The notes below the pieces were generated by a model that did no database searches, was not told the DNA's origin, and worked only from the letters and a program-made list of their open reading frames with translations. A stretch of 22,068 nt of DNA from an uncultured Nitrososphaeraceae archaeon (GTDB lineage Archaea; Thermoproteota; Nitrososphaeria; Nitrososphaerales; Nitrososphaeraceae). Within the stretch, counting starts at the first letter, position 1. The number at the start of each line of letters is the position of its first letter. Positions 11,092-19,100 of the stretch are shown here, in pieces. The stretch lies in contig CAVXZB010000026.1 of assembly GCA_963765895.1 (NCBI GenBank), positions 1-22,068 of the forward strand, in the 5' to 3' direction. A program made the translations under genes and the position numbers.

Positions 11092-11296
11092 GTCAGAGAT
11101 GTCAGGGTATCCATAGTACTATATTGGTTTTCCATATTATGAATACGTGCTATTCCTTATAGAAATTAATTAATTTTGTTACATAGAATTGAATATGTAC
11201 TATGGTTACTATGGATACCCTGACGGATAGAATATTACTAGTGGTCTGAGCGTGAAAATTCCATGAGAATAACTAGCAAATCTAATCCGTCAGGGT
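11092..11296. repeat. Inverted iteron-like triads around an AT-rich core (origin-like)
   Basis: Perfect 18-bp inverted repeat at 11101-11118 and 11207-11224, with an AT-rich core (ATAGAAATTAATTAATTTT). ATCCGTCAGGGT at 11285-11296 is the reverse complement of 11217-11228. Confidence 0.75.
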
Positions 11297-11637
11297 TGGT
11301 TTTCTATACATCAACAATGGCTATTCCATAATGACGGCGATATGTGTTCTATCCATGGTTACGGTAATCTTGAATATAGATAAAAAAATCTAGTCCATGA
11401 CACGAACATGGGAAGACCGCTCTTTGACTGGCTCCTGGTTCGCCTCGTCTTGAATCACATCCCAGTGATCGACCAGGATCCCGTCCTTGGCATTTCTAGT
11501 TCCATGGTGGCTGGATGATTGTAGAAAAGAATACAATATAGAGATTGCTTAGAATTCATACGCTTTGGATATGCACATAATGGGCAGTTTTAAGTCCATA
11601 GTATTTTTAAGCGATATCGGCCAGATACCTCTGAAAA

Positions 11638-11871
11638 ATGAATGCTGAGGAAGCCAAGGCATTTCTGAAGGATAGAGGAATACCGACTATGAATTATCCT
11701 CGCGGTTACCTACTAAAGGTATCCCGAAGGGAAGGCAGTCCATCGCGCCGTATAGAGATGGATGAATTGGATACGATCCTAACATTAGGCAAAGTTAAAC
11801 TGATTGCAGTTGAGGACACTGTGGGACATATCCTTATCGAAGTTGAAAGGAGGGACCTAATCCAAGACTAA
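11638..11871 (+). CDS. Small hypothetical protein (77 aa)
   Basis: Intact ORF with protein-like composition and TTTTTAAG about 30 nt upstream. Confidence 0.6.
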   Translation: MNAEEAKAFLKDRGIPTMNYPRGYLLKVSRREGSPSRRIEMDELDTILTLGKVKLIAVEDTVGHILIEVERRDLIQD

Positions 11872-12021
11872 TGCGAAATAAGCAACTTTAGTTACTATGG
11901 TAAAACATGGATAGTCTAATATTGTCTAAACACTCATCTATCTGGTTCTCTTCTAACGTAAAGGAATAATTTGGATACTACTGCTCGTCGATATTGTTGG
12001 CAATGACGGCGAGTGTACTTG

Positions 12022-12810
12022 TTACTCCTTTGCTATAGTTGTAATAGGGTGTATTTCTGCCCATTCACCATGTTCCTTATCTAATACATAGGATCCAGTA
12101 ACTTGAATATGGCTACCTACTGGTGGAATATCAATGTCCTGATGGAAATTCTGACAAGCAGAAATTGCAGTCGCTTGAGTTACTTTTCCTATACAAATAG
12201 GCTCTAGGACTAGATCTCCAAATTGGTTTTCTTGATTAGCCTGGTTTACTAGATGAGAATATGGAGGATCAAGTTTTAATCGTATATGCAAATCACCATC
12301 TCGTTCAGACCTGATGCTATCGATACTGCCAGTGACGGTTATGCATTTATCAACTATTTCCAATCTGCTTGGATTATATACATGATTCCAAAGTAAGTCA
12401 TCACATTTTCCTGGTGTTGATTCGGACGCTGTTACAACTGATGGTGACGATGGTATAGAGGCTGTGGCATCTGATGACGAGAATATATTGCTAGTTATAT
12501 CTTTGCCATTGTTGGAAGGAATACCGCTTAGTTGGTCCTCATTATCATTATTGTTGCCATCATTACTATTGTTATCGGCGACTCTCTCACAATCTCCATC
12601 TGGACTACGATGAAAACCATTTGGACATCTAGATAGCTTTCCTTCATGAGATACTACCCATTCACAATCGCCACTCGGACTTTTGTGATAACCATTTGGA
12701 CATCTTGCCTCAGCTACTTGAAGATAAAAAACATAAGGAATAGTAATAAGAACAATGACTAAAGACGTCATCAAAAAAGAGATTATTATATACGCTCTCA
12801 TGATTGTCAT
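12022..12810 (-). CDS. Secreted protein with two RCPNGxHxSPxGDCE repeats and a C-terminal DGDLH...EIHP domain
   Basis: N-terminal hydrophobic signal, 15-aa Cys repeats at 12586-12630 and 12661-12705, an Asn/Ser linker and a beta-rich C-terminal domain. Confidence 0.85.
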   Translation of the reverse strand: MTIMRAYIIISFLMTSLVIVLITIPYVFYLQVAEARCPNGYHKSPSGDCEWVVSHEGKLSRCPNGFHRSPDGDCERVADNNSNDGNNNDNEDQLSGIPSNNGKDITSNIFSSSDATASIPSSPSVVTASESTPGKCDDLLWNHVYNPSRLEIVDKCITVTGSIDSIRSERDGDLHIRLKLDPPYSHLVNQANQENQFGDLVLEPICIGKVTQATAISACQNFHQDIDIPPVGSHIQVTGSYVLDKEHGEWAEIHPITTIAKE

Positions 12811-12830
12811 ATATTTACTCTATCCTATCT

Positions 12831-13025
12831 TCACTTTTTTACCTTTTGCCAAGCATATTTAATTTCATCAGGCACGAATTCTAACAATATTTTATCTGCT
12901 CTTTCATGTGCATCTGGAAGTTCCTTATTATTTGCTAGTTCATCTAAATCTTTAATCAAACGGCTGACAAAATCATCAGATAACTCAATTATAGGTTCAG
13001 TATTCTTATGTAAAGAGTATGTCAT
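12831..13025 (-). CDS. Small helical hypothetical protein (64 aa)
   Basis: Intact ORF ending 20 nt upstream of the co-oriented 12022-12810 gene. Confidence 0.55.
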   Translation of the reverse strand: MTYSLHKNTEPIIELSDDFVSRLIKDLDELANNKELPDAHERADKILLEFVPDEIKYAWQKVKK

Positions 13026-13340
13026 TTGATTCTGCTATTTGTTAATCAGATTTGGTATATTAAAGCTGATTGAGTATAGAAAATAATCGCTGAACAAGAT
13101 TACTTGATAACCAACTTCAGTGATCGCTACTATTCAAGACATATGATTAGACGTTAATACTTGCGCCTACCTATAGCAAGGCGTCCTCGCCGTCTTCTCT
13201 TCGGTTAGACCTAAGTGCTAAGCCTGACCAAATTGAGATCACGTTCATGAAGCAGCACATAAGTATATTTCAATGAATATACAAACTCATTCGCCTCTCC
13301 CCTTGCGATCTATTATTAAAGAGAATGTAAACTATTCGAG

Positions 13341-13644
13341 ATGATAATGGAAGTGTCCCAAAGATGAACAAAATGAAAATGGCAATGTCCATATCTTAGC
13401 TAAAGAGATCGAAACATGGAATGGCTTTACAGATGCTCTAAGGAAAGAAAATGCACTTCTATTTAATAAGATGCTTTCTGAATGTGGACAAAATAAAGAC
13501 TATATTAGAACGGTTAGCTCCAAAGGTGAACCCCATTCAGCAGAATCATTATTCATGCTCTTAGTATTGCAGCAGCAAAAGATGATAAATGAATTGATTG
13601 TTAAAGTGTCCGAATGTAAAAGGTGGCAAAAGGAGAAAAAATAA
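13341..13644 (+). CDS. Small helical protein missed by the ORF track (frameshift near the start)
   Basis: Open frame 13348-13644 reads ILAKEIETWNGFTDALRKENALLFNKMLSEC...SAESLFMLLVLQQQKMINELI. The ATG/GTG starts at 13341-13353 are one base out of frame. It resembles a small family I recall from Nitrososphaeraceae. Confidence 0.65.
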
Positions 13645-13749
13645 TTTTTGTTGGTTCAAATCTCTGGACTGTATTGACTTAACGTTAGGTTTAAGACTTT
13701 AAGTAAATTCTATTACAAGATCTATATGTCACCACGATAATGGGGGCAT

Positions 13750-14710
13750 TTAGCTCCGAACCACCCTTGAGGTAGGGTGGATCTCAGCATGACCGCCTTC
13801 GCGCACATCAATTATGTATGCACCTGTTACCGTCAAGTGGTCTCCCACTTTAGGAAGATTAAATACCGGTCCATTATAGCCTTTACAAGATCCTATTTTG
13901 AAGGGTTCAACTGTGGTTAAATTCATTGGCTTTTGACAGATCAATTCTACCCATATCCCTCCTTTCATTTTGTCATTGAAATTTCCTACCGTAACCATAT
14001 TGCTATATGGTTTATCCAATGTTAAAGCCATAACTGCATCTCCATCGGCTGGGAAAATGGTACCACAGATACATTTCCTGATACTGTGACACATGGGTTG
14101 AGCATTATGAACCTTGGTGGCCCGGGCAGTGGCATAAAGTTCCATAGTGAAGGATTACAATTATTTGCAGTAGTGTTTGTTTTCTGAGCTGTAGGGGAAT
14201 TTGCAAATAACTCCTGGACCTGTTGGGCCTGTGATTTTAGTCTCAGCTGTGGCGTGAACTTTTGATCAAAATATTTAGTAAAGTTTGCTGCGTATACCAA
14301 GTTTTTTGTAAAGGGATGTTTTGACAACTGATCTCTTTGAGTTTCGTTCATAGGATGCTTTAGGAGTTCATTTAGACTGAAGGCCATAGCATAAGGGAGC
14401 AGGACGGTGTACCAAATTATATAGTGGAACTTTATAACACGATCTATCCACTCCATCCAAAAGACTCTTAAATTGTACAGTTGGACTTGCATATACAAAC
14501 GAATTATTATTAGAGGAAGTAACCGTTTCATTTACTAAAGAAGCAGATGGAAGAGATGAATTTGATAATGGTAGCGAAGATAGTGTTTCTGTAGTATTAG
14601 TAGACGCATTTGCTATACTATTTGAGTTGCTGATTACTGTTACTGCTACAATTGGAACTGAGAGTAGCGGCTATCAAGAGAGTTTTGACAAGTAAATTAA
14701 TTTTGTCCAT
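13750..14710 (-). pseudogene. Secreted paralog of 12022-12810, about three frameshifts
   Basis: Signal-like start MDKINLLVKTLLIAA at 14710 and a Ser/Thr/Asn linker. Shared motifs are CNPSLWN, PCVTVSG, ADGD, VELIC, PKVGDHLTVTGAYIID and EIHP. Confidence 0.75.
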
Positions 14711-14927
14711 TATTTGTATACACTACTAATTGCCTTAAAATAGGTATTATGTAAGAAAAATCTGAATATTTATTCATTATATTTTACCTATTTTTCACCA
14801 AAAACAGTATTAGGCCTACTACGAAAGGGGACCATTTCTAAACCGACACTCGGCTATCTTAGGTGGGCAGGAGGCTAAATTTGCGTATAAAAAACTAATT
14901 ATACATACTCTAGATTTTAGTGCGTAT

Positions 14928-15262
14928 ATGAATCGCAGATTCTTTCTCTTCGCCATACTGGTTATCACCGCGGTTATGGTGTTGCTTAGTTCTACGATCC
15001 TTTTTATCTCCCCATCTACGAGGGGGAGGCCAGGCTCTAGTAGCTATTGCTTCTCCTGATATACCTGTTAGTCATCATGACCGCGTCTATACTGCGGATC
15101 AATTTTCAAAAACTATCTATTAGATCCTGCTGGCGATGGTAACGATATTCTGACTGGAGGCGCAGGACGCGACTAAGTTTTAATTGTGGACCTGGGACAG
15201 ACACAATAACAGGCTTTCAGCCAGGTGTTGATACAAAGGGAGCAAATTGCGAATACCCATGA
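14928..15262 (+). pseudogene. Deleted or chimeric remnant: signal peptide + YncE/YVTN propeller start + RTX-like Ca-binding C-terminus
   Basis: Reads MNRRFFLFAILVITAVMVLL, then PDIPVSHHDRVYTADQFSKTI, then GDGNDILTGGAGRD* and CGPGTDTITGFQPGVDTKGANCEYP*. Confidence 0.6.
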
Positions 15263-15285
15263 TACCCAGTTTTACGTGATATTTG

Positions 15286-15605
15286 GCGCGCCTCATCATA
15301 TCAGCAAACACAAATTTTATCACCATCCTGGGACGTCAGTCTACACATAGGACACAGTATTTTTTGATGATCTTTATAACCTGGCACCACTCCTATCTTA
15401 TTATAACGCTTTTCCTGGATGATTAGGCTAGATGGGTTAAAAATCTGATGTTGTCCGATGTGTTAAACTTATTGCATAGTAACGGAATTAGTCTGTTGAT
15501 TTATATCAACTAATTGCTACTATCTATAGATATCACCAATTAATAGTTGACTGATATTAAGTTCATCACCAGTCTTGTAGTTCTACCTATCAATAGGATC
15601 AGCTA
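15286..15605. repeat. Conserved non-coding element, copy B (uninterrupted)
   Basis: Aligns to 6503-6773 joined directly to 8143-8194. Confidence 0.85.
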
Positions 15606-15700
15606 CGATGACATATGAATTAGAGGATCACACGGACTGGCGTGTCTATTACCTGAGCGATGATTACAATGTTCGTGTCATTATAATTCAATTAAGGTCA

Positions 15701-15890
15701 ATCTGACCTATCTGACCTATCTGACACTTTAGAGGCTGGAATCTTGAACCACGTACAGCCTTGATTGCATTTCAACTATCTGACCTATTTGACCTATGTG
15801 ACACTCCCCAACTTGTAATCTCGCATCGCATTGAACTATAACTGTATTGCACCCAACGACCTATCTGACATATATGACATATCTGACATC
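15701..15890 (+). repeat. Array of three (NTATCTGAC)x3 triads
   Basis: Triads at 15701-15727, 15776-15804 and 15861-15890, with periods of 77 and 85 bp. Confidence 0.9.
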
Positions 15891-16089
15891 ATACCCTGAA
15901 TAGGATTCATTTTGATTGACTATGAGAGAAATTACAGTCAGTTCCGATATGAAACAGTCTTTTGAGATATGAATCGAGCCAGAGAGTTGAATATTTGACT
16001 CTGACTCTTATTTTCGGACTCATGTTATACAGAATGTGTTGAAGCTGGTTTAACGTATTAGAAAAGATACCTTTGTCTTGATTATAATA

Positions 16090-17487
16090 TTAACATCCTT
16101 CGAGTATCTTCAATGCATCTTTTTCTCCTTGTTCAATTAGCATCTTTATGGAATCATGAGTAAAGTCTATAGATTTGCTGGAATAATCTGCTTCCTTACC
16201 GGTAATAGCATCTACGTCAGATGCACGTTCTATTCTTATTACCTTTTTTAATGTGAATTTGCCTTTTATTAAATCTTTGTATTTTTCCCGCCTAACTTCT
16301 CGTGTTTTACTTTTTTCTTCAGCAATCGTTAGAAACTGCTCAAACCCATTTTGAAATACCATACCCTCATTTGTATTAGTAAATTTATGTATTAATTGTA
16401 TGGCGCCAAGCAATGTTTATTCCAAATCATTGTAGTCTGTTACAATATCTGTTACCATTTCATCATAGCTAGAATTCCTGTCTGAATGTTATATCATTAT
16501 ATCTATCATTAACCCCGTCATGGTCGTTAGGAATAATATTTCTTTTAGAAGGATTCACGTTTACTACATACACATCTAAATCGGGAATTTTAGCTTTGAC
16601 ATTACCTGCTACTCTGGTCCAATAATCCCTATGAGCCTGCAAAAGTTCTCTAAATGGCGTATTATTTAAAAAACCTCCATCATAGAAACTTCTTCCACCT
16701 ATTATTCGGAACTTATAGAAGAGCGGTATCGTACCCTAGCCATAATATGATCTATAGTAATACCATCACCTTCATACACTCCTTTTTCAAGATAGTTCTT
16801 CCGTATGATAACTATCAAATGCCACTGTCTTCCCGTCAGATACATCTACACTAATGACAAGAAACCTAGGCCGCTCTACGTTCCCAGGCGGGTTATTCCA
16901 ATTTTTCAGTATTTTCATCTTTTGAATATCGCTCTATAGTATGTTGTAATGGATCGCTAATATACCAAGTCCATTGTACCGGATCGTTATTATTATCCCT
17001 ATCGCCAAATTTCACATCACGTTCTGGTTCTGGATTTTAAAAACACACATTTGGTGTTCCCTTAGCGAAGTAATATTTTACTGAGTAATATCTTCTTGCA
17101 GCCTTGATGAAGCATTAAAGTTTTTTTGTTTTTTTGCGTCATCCAACCATTTGTTAATATCTGGAGTGGACGAGAGACCATTTTTCTCATCCATCCAAAA
17201 ATCTTCAAGCACTCCTACTGCTTCTTTCCAGCGTTTACGTCTGTTGACTACATTGCTTACAAGCACTGCGGCGTTCATTGCACCCATGGAACTGCCTGCA
17301 ATAATATCAAATAACGGCCCATTTTCCGTGTCGTTTCCACCACTTTCAAGAAGCTTTTTACACAGCACTTTCCAGTCACACCTACTTCATACGCACCCAA
17401 TGCTCCCCCTCCTTGGAGTACCAATGCCCTCTGTCTATCAGGAATGATATGGTCCTTAGATTTCTTTATAGAATTTTCCTCTGTCAT
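16090..17487 (-). pseudogene. Second patatin-like phospholipase, multiply frameshifted
   Basis: QGGGALGAY, GSSMG, FYDGGFLNNTP, PRFLVISVD and NDRYND motifs, plus a SKSIDFT C-terminus, parallel patatin 1. Confidence 0.88.
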
Positions 17488-17647
17488 TTAATATTCCTTT
17501 AATAAAATTGCTCTTCTTATTTTATAGTACCGTGATTCTATGTGTTATTAAAATCGCTGCTTATATTTCATTATTAGATCGAATGACAACTGTAAGCTCA
17601 GTATTGATGAAAAATGAGTAGGAGGGCTGAGGCTCCACTATCGGATG

Positions 17648-17891
17648 CATCCGACATATATGACGTTTCTGGCCCCCCAGCATCTGATAATCTCTCATCA
17701 CATAGAACTATTGGAATGTAACTATCTGACGTATCTGACGTATCTGACATCAGTATGGCCGACATTCCTTAATCTTATGCAGCTCTCACCTCTATCTGAC
17801 GTATCTGACAGTTCCGTAATAGATCTTCTAAATGTACATTGAACATAAAATAACGTCCTTGCTATCTGACCGATCTGACTGATATGACATC
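17648..17891 (+). repeat. Array of four (NTATCTGAC) triad/dyad units
   Basis: Units at 17648-17673 (degenerate), 17722-17751, 17792-17810 (two clear 9-mers) and 17862-17891. Confidence 0.9.
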
Positions 17892-18133
17892 AAGATACAC
17901 AATCTCACAAATTATAATAACCGCCATGTATATGGGGTTAAATAGGAAAACCCCTACTGAGAAGTGTGGAATCAAGGTTGATGAAAAAAATATGGGTAAC
18001 TGTGATTCAAAACACTAAAAAAATGGATCAGAAGAATCGTAGTCTTGATTCGAAGTCACATTTACCATAAAGATAACCGTCATCTATCTGTACGACTAAG
18101 TCAGTCGCCTTTGATTTGAGCTCTAGAAAGCGT

Positions 18134-18969
18134 TTAATTAAGTCTGTTTCCTTCATCACTAAGTTCGTTTAGTACTTTTATTATATCACGTTCTTGGACG
18201 TCCAGTTTTTTCTTTAGGCATTCCATGCTTTGTTGATCTCCTCTACCAATTTCTTTCATGTCAGAAGCCCTGTACAGTTGATAATGTGAGTTCAATTTTC
18301 GTACCGCTAATTGGTCATCAGGTCTGCTGAATTTCTCGATATAGTAATGAATGATATGGTCTAAAACGAAGCGTGGTGTAACATCGGTTGCGAATTGATG
18401 CTCAGATATGCCTTCTAACCTACAGTCATTTTCTATGTAAACTGTATTTCTAATTCTTTGTTTCAACCCGTTAATAAAATCGGCAACTTCCTGATTGTGC
18501 TTTGATTCACTTTCTTCGATATCAGTTATTATATCATCGATTTCTTTAGAAGATATCTTCAGATGTGATCGGAGCCGATTGAAGTATTTCGACCTTAGTT
18601 TCTCCGAAATTTGTGTATATAGAGGTTTGGTTGTTTTAGGAAACGTGTTTAGTTGTGAATACAGTTCCGCTTCATATTGAAGCCAGTGATCAAGAACATC
18701 TTCTCTTAATGTCTCATAGTGTTGTAATAATGCTTTTTTCGATTTCTATTTTTCTCTAAAATGGTTTCAATAAAAAATGATCTATAGCGACTCCAATTAT
18801 GCCGAATGAAATTATCGGATTCGATATTATAATCCAAGCGTGATCTAGATATTCCTGCGGAATCAGAACCATCATGTAATCGATTGAAGTATTTAAACCA
18901 ATTGTAGAATATTGAATCTAGTGAGCGAATACAAATAGAAAACAATGATACAAAACTGTACATAATCAT
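18134..18969 (-). pseudogene. Hypothetical membrane-anchored helical protein, frameshifted
   Basis: Alternative frames give a TM segment AWIIISNPIISFGIIGVAID. A further segment, EDVLDHWLQYEAEL...VADFINGL, reads in frame into ORF 18134-18466. Confidence 0.55.
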
Positions 18970-19100
18970 GAAGCTAGCAAGCCGTATTTCATACTTTGTA
19001 CGATGACGATTAATACTTTTTTTAAATTACTTAAATAGACTGTAAGGTAACAGGACCACTTTAACAATCTTTTCATAAATGGAGATAGAATCATGACTGG

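Noticed and set aside
13738-13751. ATGGGGGCATT resembling ATGGGGCATT at positions 5-14 as an att pair
   Set aside because: The match is about 10 bp with an indel and has no flanking similarity.
17645-17842. 65-aa ORF over the triad array (and ORF 19402-19614)
   Set aside because: They are by-products of the repeats. The SD frame of the free array has stop codons, and 19402-19614 is antisense to mcm.
15701-17891. CRISPR array interpretation of the ~29-bp repeats with 40-55 bp spacers
   Set aside because: The repeats are degenerate internal 9-mer tandems, some spacers are homologous to each other, spacing is irregular, the motif also lies in the MCM coding sequence, and no cas genes are present.
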